Shown here: positions 8,623 through 16,474 of the stretch, piece after piece
Layout of the letters: each line of letters begins with the position of its first letter
Position numbering within the stretch: position 1 is the first letter of the stretch
IMG/VR virus record: IMGVR_UViG_3300022697_000367
Location: 1-38,835 of that record
Source: a virus
Taxonomy: Duplodnaviria; Caudoviricetes
Length of the DNA stretch: 38,835 nucleotides
Direction: 5' to 3' (one strand)
Notes under the pieces: generated by a model
What the model saw: the letters and a program-made list of their open reading frames with translations, nothing else
What the model was told of the DNA's origin: nothing
Database searches by the model: none
Program-made: the position numbers and the translations under genes

Positions 8623-9069
8623 ATGGCTACCAATAGTCAGCTTGCAAAAATCCACATCGCTAAAAAGGAAATGGGGTTGGATGACGACGATTACCGGTTT
8701 TTCCTGAATCGAATAACGGGAAAAGAAAGCGCAAAGCTCCTTTCGGATCGGGAGGCTGATGCCGTCATCGATGAATTTAAGCGCCTGGGCTGGGTGCCGA
8801 AGAAACGCAGGACGCAGACCGGAGACGGCAGTCCGAAAAAATTGAAATACGAAGATCTGGCTAACCGGATCGGCATGGCCTCGCCCAAACAACTGCGAAT
8901 GATCGAGGCGATGTGGATGACCGGGTCGAAGATCCGCGAAAAAACGCCGACCTCGCTGAGAAGTTTCTTAAATAACAAATTCGGAATTTCTCACCTGCGA
9001 TTCATCGAGGACCATCAGGTTGGTAAAATCGTCAGGTCCATAAAATCCATTAACCAAGGGGAAAAATAA
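8623..9069 (+). CDS. gemA: GemA / Mu gp16 (DUF1018) family protein
   Basis: QLAKIHIAKKEMGLDDDDYR..L...TGK.S...L motif. Confidence 0.92.
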   Translation: MATNSQLAKIHIAKKEMGLDDDDYRFFLNRITGKESAKLLSDREADAVIDEFKRLGWVPKKRRTQTGDGSPKKLKYEDLANRIGMASPKQLRMIEAMWMTGSKIREKTPTSLRSFLNNKFGISHLRFIEDHQVGKIVRSIKSINQGEK

Positions 9070-9293
9070 TGGGAAACCAGCATCAGAAGATAAAGGGATA
9101 TAGGGAATTAAATGAAGAAGAAATCGACTTGATGAACGAAGCTAAGGAACTTGCGGAAAAACTCGATGTGCTAGTTCATAAAATTAAACGCCACCCCGAC
9201 ACAGATCAGCGCTGGGCGAGTATCGGAATGACGGATCTGCAAAAAGGATTCATGTCCTTGATTAGAAGCGTCGCCCGGCCGACAACGTTTTAA
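9069..9293 (+). CDS. acb2: Acb2-like anti-CBASS cyclic-nucleotide sponge
   Basis: NQHQKIKGYRELNEEEIDLMNEAKEL...RWASIGMTDLQKGFMSLIRSVARP closely matches the Acb2/T4 Vs.4 family as recalled. Confidence 0.88.
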   Translation: MGNQHQKIKGYRELNEEEIDLMNEAKELAEKLDVLVHKIKRHPDTDQRWASIGMTDLQKGFMSLIRSVARPTTF

Positions 9294-9320
9294 TTGAAGT
9301 ATATAACTGGGAAAATAGAA

Positions 9321-9752
9321 ATGGTGAATAAAACTACATCTACATTTTTTAAATATTTTTTTAAACTTCTGAGCATTGGGATTGTGACCTACGTATTTCT
9401 GCTTATTCATTTTTCCGCCGAAGCCGCTCCCCATCTGCACCTGGAAAAAGAATATCAAAATGCCTGGTGCGCCGCGCATGGCGGGGTCACCGAATACGTT
9501 TTAGATGACCAGACCCGCGTGGATTGTCTCACCGAAGAACATGCCATCGAGTTTGAATTTGCCGAAGATTGGGCGCAGGCCATCGGCCAGGCGAGGTTTT
9601 ACGCGGTAAGTACCCGTAAAAAACCGGGGATCGTTTTGATCATCGAGAGCTAAGAAGATTACCGTTTTCTTAAGCGGCTTAAAACCGCTATTCGAGGGGA
9701 CCGAAAAAAGTGGACCGTGTGGATCGTCACGCCTGAAGCCCTTAAAAAGTGA
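9321..9752 (+). pseudogene. Signal-peptide/TM-bearing PD-(D/E)xK-like protein interrupted by in-frame TAA
   Basis: EY.L.D.TRVDCLT...AIEFEFA..WAQAIGQ...Y motif; TAA 9651-9653, then 32 more in-frame codons (EDYRFLKRL...WTVWIV) to TGA 9750-9752. Confidence 0.75.
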
Positions 9753-9758
9753 TTTTAA

Positions 9759-10010
9759 ATGCCCTGTGAACGAATCGAAATCAACGGAGCTTTTGGTTTT
9801 GCCTGCACCCGTGGCAGACGGAAACCAAAACGTTATAAGTGCAAAGATTGCAATTTCAAAAAAGACGCACCTTTCCTTTGCGATTGGGAATTAATATCCG
9901 GAAAGGATTGCGACCGCCCGTGTTGTGCCCACCATTGTGAAGAAGTCGGATCGGATCGCCACTACTGCCCCCAGCATCAAATTACGGCGAGACAGAGAAC
10001 CCTTTTTTAA
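9759..10010 (+). CDS. Cys/His-rich zinc-finger protein
   Basis: CxxC..LCD...CD.P.C..H....D.HYCP.H pattern. Confidence 0.75.
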   Translation: MPCERIEINGAFGFACTRGRRKPKRYKCKDCNFKKDAPFLCDWELISGKDCDRPCCAHHCEEVGSDRHYCPQHQITARQRTLF

Positions 10011-10022
10011 TTAGGTGAAGTG

Positions 10023-10434
10023 ATGAGCAAATCAAAAATCGAATGGTGTGATGAAACATGGAATGTCGTCACGGGGTGCTCACACGTCAGTGAGGGTTGC
10101 CGGAACTGCTACGCCGAACGGGGATGGCCGCGCCTGGCCGATGCATATCGAGTGGGTGCGGGAAGTCCGCGATCAATGCAAGAAAGCCGATGTTCCCTTT
10201 TTCTTCAAGCAGTGGGGGAAATGGCGACCACTCATTGCCGGGGAACCTGGAGTAATTGAAAAAGCCATTCTAATGTCCCGAGATGGCATGAATTTAAGAG
10301 GGCTCGGCGCTGGGAGCTTAACCAACGAATTAGTATTGATGAAGGATTGGGGCGACTGCTGGAATATTCGTCCCGGAAAGAAAAAATCTGGAAGGTATCT
10401 TGATGGCCGCGAATGGAATGAGTTCCCGGTTTGA
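10023..10434 (+). pseudogene. Gp37/Gp68 (DUF5131) family gene with internal deletion and frameshift
   Basis: N-terminus [26 protein letters not shown] in one frame; C-terminus PMH.EWVR..RDQC....VPFFFKQWG...GR.LDGREWNEFP in another, joined near 10125-10140. Confidence 0.88.
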
Positions 10435-10460
10435 TTTTTCTGCGGCCTCTGCGGTGAAAA

Positions 10461-10637
10461 ATGAACAATAAAAATATTAAAGAATCTGACGTTAAGGCTC
10501 ATCTCGTTGCTCACGGGCAAAATATGCGAATGACCCTATGCGGCGTGAAAGGTGAGTTGAGCTATCGAGATTTAAGAGCGATTTTAATTTTAGTGAAGGT
10601 TTTAAAATTTAATTCAATTTTAGAGAAGGCAATTTGA
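10461..10637 (+). CDS. Small hypothetical protein (58 aa)
   Basis: Manual ORF, GGTG RBS, TGATG coupling to next ORF. Confidence 0.5.
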   Translation: MNNKNIKESDVKAHLVAHGQNMRMTLCGVKGELSYRDLRAILILVKVLKFNSILEKAI

Positions 10638-10807
10638 TGAAATATTCGCCCAAAAAATTAGAACAATTAGAAGATGCCAGGACAGACCTATACGTGCACG
10701 GTTTTCTAACTGACACCGAATCTAAAAAAGTCCAAAAAAGAATTCAAAATTGGGCTAAAAAACAAGGGGTTGACCTGCAAATACAGCCTCAATTATCGAA
10801 AAAATAA
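10637..10807 (+). CDS. Small hypothetical protein (56 aa)
   Basis: Manual ORF MKYSPKKLEQLEDAR..; TGATG and TAATG couplings on both sides. Confidence 0.65.
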   Translation: MKYSPKKLEQLEDARTDLYVHGFLTDTESKKVQKRIQNWAKKQGVDLQIQPQLSKK

Positions 10808-11097
10808 TGAAATTCTCAAAACTCAGTGTGGGTATTCTTGTCGTTTTATCGAGACGGGAATTGGACCGCGTCGGGATTCTAAAAGAAATGAACAAAAAGA
10901 CCGGTCGTGAGCCGTCCTTAAGCTCTCTCTTCACGTCTTTGCCCCAGTTGCTGAAAACGGAATTGATCTCCGTCCGGTCGGACCGTAGCGCTGGGTTGAT
11001 GGGAGGAGTCGTTGAATACTACGCAATTACCGAGCGGGGGCATCAAATTTTAAAATCAATAAAATCTGGATTACTGAAACGGGGGAAAATAGGTTGA
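10807..11097 (+). CDS. PadR-like winged-helix regulator
   Basis: SLFTSLPQLLKTELI...YYAITERG pattern. Confidence 0.75.
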   Translation: MKFSKLSVGILVVLSRRELDRVGILKEMNKKTGREPSLSSLFTSLPQLLKTELISVRSDRSAGLMGGVVEYYAITERGHQILKSIKSGLLKRGKIG

Positions 11098-12146
11098 ACC
11101 AATTAACGCTGAACTTCGGAGATATCGCGTTAAAGCGCGTCGGGCATGGGTTTGAAGCTGGCCACAAAATGGCCTGGCTGGTGGAAAATATCTGGGCGCA
11201 AGCGGGAACGGGGATACTTGCCGGACCGCCGAAAACCGGAAAGACCTGGTTGATCATCGACCTCGCGGTTTCCATCGCCTCCGGGACTCCGTTCCTGGGA
11301 AAGTTCCCGTCAACCCAAGGCCCGGTGATTATCTATTCGCCCGAAGGTCCTGAAAGTTGTTTAGACGATAGAATCCGGCAAGTGGCGGCTCGGCGCGGCC
11401 TGGATCACACCGAACTCGAAATCTACACAATCAAAGCGCATGACCTGGCCCTGGATGTTGCGACTGACCAGCGAACGATTATCCAAGCCGTTGAATCTAT
11501 CCGGCCTGCCCTCGTTATTTTTGATCCCCTTGCTGAATGCTTTAAGGGCGATGAAAATAGAAGTGATGACGTGAAGGTTGCGACAAATTTTTTAACGAAT
11601 CTAGCCCGTCATCACGGAACCGCCTCCATTATCACGCATCATATTGTCAAGACAGCAGGCGGTAAGCAGGCGGGAAATCAAATGCGCGGATCAGGCGCAT
11701 GGTATGCGTTCGGCGACTCCTATCTTTTTCTCGATCCATTGAAAAATGAAAAGATTCAAATGAAAGTTGTTCAGCGTAATGGCAAACGCGCCGACACATG
11801 CATCCTGGAACTTTCCGAACAAGATTCCGCCACATCCTACTCCGTCACTCACGGGCAGAATGAGGAACCCAAAAAGGAAGACCTGGGGAATCTCATTCTT
11901 AAGCAACTCCTTAAATCAGAGTTACCTATGAGCCAGAGAGACCTTCGTCTGCGGTTGGGCGGCTCTAACGGCAAATATAACGGGGCATTGACAGAGTTGA
12001 ATAAAGCCGGATTGATCAGCAATATCGATAAGGTGGGCTGGGAGTTGACCGAAAATGGAAAGAAAACCGCCGAGGACCTGAAAGGCGATCCGGTCCGCCA
12101 TTCGCCTATAGGCACAACCCGGACCGGACCGGTCGAAAACCCATGA
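11094..12146 (+). CDS. AAA_25 RecA/RepA-like ATPase (helicase-like) with C-terminal wHTH
   Basis: WLVE..W, Walker A GPPKTGKT, LVIFDPL, DEN, HH..K, RGSG motifs. Confidence 0.88.
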   Translation: MNQLTLNFGDIALKRVGHGFEAGHKMAWLVENIWAQAGTGILAGPPKTGKTWLIIDLAVSIASGTPFLGKFPSTQGPVIIYSPEGPESCLDDRIRQVAARRGLDHTELEIYTIKAHDLALDVATDQRTIIQAVESIRPALVIFDPLAECFKGDENRSDDVKVATNFLTNLARHHGTASIITHHIVKTAGGKQAGNQMRGSGAWYAFGDSYLFLDPLKNEKIQMKVVQRNGKRADTCILELSEQDSATSYSVTHGQNEEPKKEDLGNLILKQLLKSELPMSQRDLRLRLGGSNGKYNGALTELNKAGLISNIDKVGWELTENGKKTAEDLKGDPVRHSPIGTTRTGPVENP

Positions 12147-12571
12147 ATTTACGCACGAAAATCACCTCTATCCACCAGCTTCCAAAGCGGTTTCGGCCCC
12201 TTGCTGAAAAAATCGGCCTGGAAAACGCCCTTTTTGCGATTCAGGAATTGGCTCCCAGGCCGGAGCCAAAGTTTCATTGGGTCGATGAAATCACCTCTCC
12301 TGAGCATTTCCCTGAAGGCATCTTTCGACAAATGGCCCACCTGATCGGCGTCGAAAATATCCTCACTTTGATGCACACGTTTGAGGGCGAAACGATTTAT
12401 TTCCGGAAAATTAAGGACACCTTTCTCGGTTTATGGCACTCAAGGCTCCGTGGAAAATGGAGGAAGCATAATATTAAAGCCCTTGCTCACGAGTTCGATG
12501 TTTCAGAGCAAACCATCCGCCAGATCGTGAACGACCACGAAGATCAAGCCGACCTCTTCCCTATAAAATAA
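12143..12571 (+). CDS. Mor/C-family transcription activator
   Basis: IG.E..L.L...F.GE.IYF and C-terminal N..ALA.EF.VSEQTIRQIV HTH; last gene before lysis. Confidence 0.88.
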   Translation: MNLRTKITSIHQLPKRFRPLAEKIGLENALFAIQELAPRPEPKFHWVDEITSPEHFPEGIFRQMAHLIGVENILTLMHTFEGETIYFRKIKDTFLGLWHSRLRGKWRKHNIKALAHEFDVSEQTIRQIVNDHEDQADLFPIK

Positions 12572-12577
12572 ACCACC

Positions 12578-12651
12578 CATTCCGAAGATAGCTTCAGAAG
12601 CTACATTCAGAAGATACCTTCCTGGAGCCTTTCTTCCCGCGCGCGTAATCT
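12578..12651 (+). promoter_or_regulatory. Probable activator-dependent late promoter with 13-bp tandem repeats
   Basis: cattccgaagata/gcttcagaagcta/cattcagaagata/ccttcctggagcc, then TAATCT at 12646-12651 with no consensus -35. Confidence 0.6.
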
Positions 12652-12820
12652 GTCCCCTCAAATAGAGTTTAGTTTTTTAATTTAATTGAGGGCCGACCGG
12701 TGAAAGCGCGCTTAAACTATTTCACTCCACAAAGGGGATGGGACTCGCAACCCCTTCCCCTCCCCTTCCAGCCCTGGCCCAGAGCCGGAGCGAACGCGCC
12801 ATGTCCTGCGAGGAATAAAA

Positions 12821-13153
12821 ATGCCATTACGAATTAAAGGCGAAAAAAAGAAAGCAAGAGTTTTTGGGATAAGCCCTGAGATGGTTCTCGCTTCAGTGGT
12901 CATTGGGTTTATCTGGATGGAGCTTTTCCCTGGCGTTGATTGCGTTGTCACCGAAGGAACTGGAGGAAAGCATGGAAGAGGGTCCAGGCACTATGTCGGC
13001 CTCGGTAAGGATTATCGTATTTGGAACCTTCCCGACCCTTTTATGGAAAGCGCCAAAAAAGCAACTAAGGAAATTAAGCGCCGCCTCGGTCCTGATTATG
13101 ACGTGGTCCTTGAAAAAGATCACATCCACGTTGAATTCGATCCCAAATATTAA
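12821..13153 (+). CDS. Endolysin, peptidase M15-like
   Basis: H...S.HY.G...D and DHIHVEFD zinc-peptidase motifs; first late gene. Confidence 0.85.
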   Translation: MPLRIKGEKKKARVFGISPEMVLASVVIGFIWMELFPGVDCVVTEGTGGKHGRGSRHYVGLGKDYRIWNLPDPFMESAKKATKEIKRRLGPDYDVVLEKDHIHVEFDPKY

Positions 13154-13164
13154 GGAGAAAAAAA

Positions 13165-13350
13165 ATGATCGCATGGCTTAAAGGAAAAAAAACTTACATC
13201 GTGGCGGGGTTAATGGTCCTTGTCACTCTAATTCAGACCATCACTGGCGAAATGGGCCTTGCTCAATTTTTTATGAGCGAACACGTCCAGACTCTTATTG
13301 AGGCCGCTGGACTGGGGACGTTGCGAGCTGGCATCGGAAAGCGGTCTTAA
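13165..13350 (+). CDS. Holin
   Basis: LKGKKTYI, two hydrophobic segments, basic C-terminus; follows endolysin. Confidence 0.75.
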   Translation: MIAWLKGKKTYIVAGLMVLVTLIQTITGEMGLAQFFMSEHVQTLIEAAGLGTLRAGIGKRS

Positions 13351-13354
13351 GGCT

Positions 13355-13570
13355 ATGTGGTCGACGGTAGGGGCATTGGTTTTGGGTCTTGGCTTCCTTG
13401 GTTGGATTTATCGCCAGGGCATGAAGAGCTTATGGCTCCGGCTCTTTAAAGATGAGAAGAAAAAAATCAAAAAAATCCATGAGGAGTGGAATGAGATCGA
13501 CGCGGAATCTAAAAAGAAACGCGATCAGATTGCTGACGATCCTGATCATGACCCTGGCGCTAACTGGTAG
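13355..13570 (+). CDS. Probable i-spanin (Rz-like)
   Basis: N-terminal TM then charged coiled coil; overlapped by a lipoprotein gene. Confidence 0.6.
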   Translation: MWSTVGALVLGLGFLGWIYRQGMKSLWLRLFKDEKKKIKKIHEEWNEIDAESKKKRDQIADDPDHDPGANW

Positions 13571-13760
13571 TGCCTGCCCTATAAAGCACAACTTTCCGGA
13601 TCTTAAAGTTCCGGAGAAGCCTAAAGGTCTCTTCACTAAAGAGGGGGACCGTTGGTACATCACTAGGCCAAACTTCATAAAACTGAATGCGTATAACGAT
13701 GCCCTGCTGGATCAAAACAAAAAGTACCGCCGTGAAATTGAAATCATCAACGGGGACTGA
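13491..13760 (+). CDS. Probable o-spanin lipoprotein (Rz1-like)
   Basis: Signal peptide ending LALTGSA-C, Pro-rich mature start; start codon uncertain (13452/13479/13491). Confidence 0.6.
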   Translation: MRSTRNLKRNAIRLLTILIMTLALTGSACPIKHNFPDLKVPEKPKGLFTKEGDRWYITRPNFIKLNAYNDALLDQNKKYRREIEIINGD

Positions 13761-14150
13761 ATGGATCTCGATGTCATAAAAGTTGCGGTCCAAATTTTAA
13801 TCCCTTTCGTGATTTTATTTCTAGGGACCATCATCGCGGTTTTTCGGTACTTCCTGAAACGGTTTACCGATGATATCAAGCGGGAATTCGTTCGGCTGGA
13901 AACAAAGATTGAGGAAAACGATAAAAAGGTCAGCGAGGTCGAGCGAGCTTTCATGGCGTTCCAGGCGCAACTGCCAAAAGAATATGTTATGAGGGCGGAT
14001 TATATTCGCGTCACTGCAATTTACGAGAAAAAAATAGATAGGTTGGCGGAATTGATTGGGGCGTTGGATGGAACCCTTCAAGGTCAAAAAGCTGAGTTGA
14101 AACTTCTTTTGGTTAAAATTGGAGATATCGATGCAAAACCAAAAAAATAA
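13761..14150 (+). CDS. TM plus coiled-coil protein (Mu gp25-like position)
   Basis: N-terminal TM, LPKEYV.R.DY motif. Confidence 0.7.
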   Translation: MDLDVIKVAVQILIPFVILFLGTIIAVFRYFLKRFTDDIKREFVRLETKIEENDKKVSEVERAFMAFQAQLPKEYVMRADYIRVTAIYEKKIDRLAELIGALDGTLQGQKAELKLLLVKIGDIDAKPKK

Positions 14151-14421
14151 AATCCGACGAGGCGAAATCCTTCGCGCCCTGTACCGGAACATGCCTCACC
14201 CGATTTGCGACAACGTGTTTGCGGAGGTCTTCACGGAAGACACGCCGAACTACGTCATCACCCAATTGAAGTATCTGGAACAAAAGAAATACATCAAGCT
14301 TGAAAAAGTCGATGAAGATTTTTCCACCGCATCCTGTGTCGCAAATATTCTCCCTGCGGGTGTTGATCTTTTGGAAGGCTCCATCCCTTCCGATCCCGGC
14401 ATCACCTGCCCAAAAATCTAA
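14131..14421 (+). CDS. Mu gp26-like winged-helix protein
   Basis: RR..ILR.L...L.YLEQK.YI...G.DL.EG....PGI motif; GGAG RBS. Confidence 0.75.
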   Translation: MQNQKNKIRRGEILRALYRNMPHPICDNVFAEVFTEDTPNYVITQLKYLEQKKYIKLEKVDEDFSTASCVANILPAGVDLLEGSIPSDPGITCPKI

Positions 14422-14981
14422 TGCCAAACAGAAAACATAGCAAGGTGACGAAGCTGGATCCCGCGATCCGCAGGACCGTTGATACGTTGATCATTGATGG
14501 AGTCACCATTGAAAAAATCGTTGCCCACCTAGAGGAACTGGCAAATCAAGGTGTCATTGCCGACTGCGAGGTCCCCAGCAAGTCCAGCATCGGTCGCTAT
14601 AGCAAAGGGTTTGTTTCACAGTTGGAGCGCCTGGACCTTGCGCGTCAGCAGGCAAAGGTGATCGTCGACCGCGCCCAGGGAGACGGCCTGGTTATGGAAG
14701 AGGCGGCGGCCAACCTGATCATGAATGAAATCATGAAAATCCTCCTGCCAGAGGATGGAGAATCTATAAAGCCAAAGCAGGTAGGCTCCATCGCTTTGGC
14801 TATTTCAAAACTGCAAAGTTCTTCCGCCACTCGTGAACGCGTAAAGATCGACGTGCGTAAAGACATGGCCGCGATTGCAAAAAAGACGGCTGGAGAAGTC
14901 GGCAAGATGGCAAAAAAAGGCGGGCTTTCGAAAGAAGCGGTTAATGAAATCAAAAACAAAATTCTAGGGATCACCGCGTGA
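14421..14981 (+). CDS. Terminase small subunit (DUF3486, Mu gp27-like)
   Basis: SKV..L, SKSSIGRY, GLS.E....I...ILGI. Confidence 0.88.
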   Translation: MPNRKHSKVTKLDPAIRRTVDTLIIDGVTIEKIVAHLEELANQGVIADCEVPSKSSIGRYSKGFVSQLERLDLARQQAKVIVDRAQGDGLVMEEAAANLIMNEIMKILLPEDGESIKPKQVGSIALAISKLQSSSATRERVKIDVRKDMAAIAKKTAGEVGKMAKKGGLSKEAVNEIKNKILGITA

Positions 14982-16474
14982 ACCCGCAAGAGCTTAATAA
15001 ATTAAAAGAAGCCGGGATTCTTCTCCCCTACCAGCAAAAATGGGTTCAGGATAAATCAAAAATCAAGATCGCGGAAAAATCGCGCCGCATTGGTTTGACC
15101 TGGGCAGAGTCCGCAGACGATGTGCTTCACGCTTCGTCTAATGAGGGGTCTGACGTTTGGTATATTGGTTATAGCAAGGACATGGCCCTGGAGTTTATTG
15201 GAGATTCTGGCAACTGGGTTCGGCATTACAACTTTGCGGTCAGTGAGATGGAAGAGGTTCTAATAGAAGATGAGAATGAAGACAAGGCCATACTTTCTTA
15301 CAGGATAAAATTCGCATCCGGTTATCGCATCACGGCGCTTTCGAGCCGCCCGACCAACCTGCGCGGGAAAAAGGGGCGCGTGGTCATTGATGAAGCCGCA
15401 TTCCATGATGACCTCCCTGGGTTGCTCAAGGCGGCCATCGCGTTTCTCATGTGGGGCGGTGATGTCCGAATCATAAGCACCCACTTCGGTGATGACAATC
15501 CCTTCAATGATTTGATCGGGGAAATAAAATCCGGCAAGAAAAAATACAGCCTGCACCACATAACTTTCGATGATGCGCTAAAAGACGGACTTTATAAACG
15601 TATCTGCCAGGTCCTAAAACGCGAATGGTCCGAAGAATCGGAAGCTCAGTGGAGGCAGGAGATGATCGACCTCTACGGGGACGATGCGGACGAGGAGCTT
15701 TTTTGCATTCCCTCTAAAGGCTCTGGGATTTACTTTCCCCGCGCCCTGGTGGAATCCTGCATGTCCGATGAAATTCCCGTTCTCACCTTTAAATGTAAAC
15801 CGGGCTTTGAACTACTACCCGATCAGGTGCGCTTTCAAGAGGCGCAAGACTGGTGTGAAGAACATCTAAAGCCGATCCTCGATGAACTGGATCCCCACTT
15901 CAAAACTTTTTTCGGGGAAGACTTTGGGCGGTCCGGCGACCTCAGCGCTATTAAGCCGTTGCAGGAGTTGCCTTCGCTTTTATACCGGGAAATCTGTTTG
16001 ATTGAATTATCCAACGTCCCCTTTAAACAGCAAGAGCAAATTTTGTTTTACCTGGTAGACCGTCTTCCCCGGTTCACGGGCGGCGCTTTGGACGCGCGCG
16101 GCAACGGTCAATACCTGGCGGAAGTCGCCATGCAACGTTACGGCGAGTCGCGGATCCATCAAGTCATGCTTTCCCTTCAGTGGTACGCCGAGCACATGCC
16201 GAAGTACAAGGCCGCGTTCGAGGATAAATCCATCCTGATCGCAAAAAGCGCGGATGTTTTGAATGACCATCGTGCCGTCCGTATGGAAAAGGGTGTGGCG
16301 AAAGTCCCGGAAGGAAAAAAGACAAAAGGCAAGGACGGCAGTCAGCGTCATGGAGATACAGCCATCGCCGGAGCGTTGTCCTGGTACGCGGTCAACGAAA
16401 TCGACGGCGGGGAAATTGAATATCAGTCCACCGGCGTAAAGCGGGAAGCCATCTCTTCAATGAGTAATTTTTAA
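14978..16474 (+). CDS. Terminase large subunit (Mu gp28-like)
   Basis: LLPYQ, EKSRRIGLTW, VIDEAAFH, G.DFGRSGD, HGD.A.A. Confidence 0.96.
   Translation: MNPQELNKLKEAGILLPYQQKWVQDKSKIKIAEKSRRIGLTWAESADDVLHASSNEGSDVWYIGYSKDMALEFIGDSGNWVRHYNFAVSEMEEVLIEDENEDKAILSYRIKFASGYRITALSSRPTNLRGKKGRVVIDEAAFHDDLPGLLKAAIAFLMWGGDVRIISTHFGDDNPFNDLIGEIKSGKKKYSLHHITFDDALKDGLYKRICQVLKREWSEESEAQWRQEMIDLYGDDADEELFCIPSKGSGIYFPRALVESCMSDEIPVLTFKCKPGFELLPDQVRFQEAQDWCEEHLKPILDELDPHFKTFFGEDFGRSGDLSAIKPLQELPSLLYREICLIELSNVPFKQQEQILFYLVDRLPRFTGGALDARGNGQYLAEVAMQRYGESRIHQVMLSLQWYAEHMPKYKAAFEDKSILIAKSADVLNDHRAVRMEKGVAKVPEGKKTKGKDGSQRHGDTAIAGALSWYAVNEIDGGEIEYQSTGVKREAISSMSNF

Noticed and set aside
8361-9653. Genome-wide TAA recoding suggested by two in-frame TAA codons
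   Set aside because: TAA terminates many intact core genes here (terminase, portal, muF, tail tube, TMP), and nearby deletions point to decay
12578-12629. CRISPR-like mini-array
   Set aside because: 13-bp units are contiguous with no spacers and no cas genes
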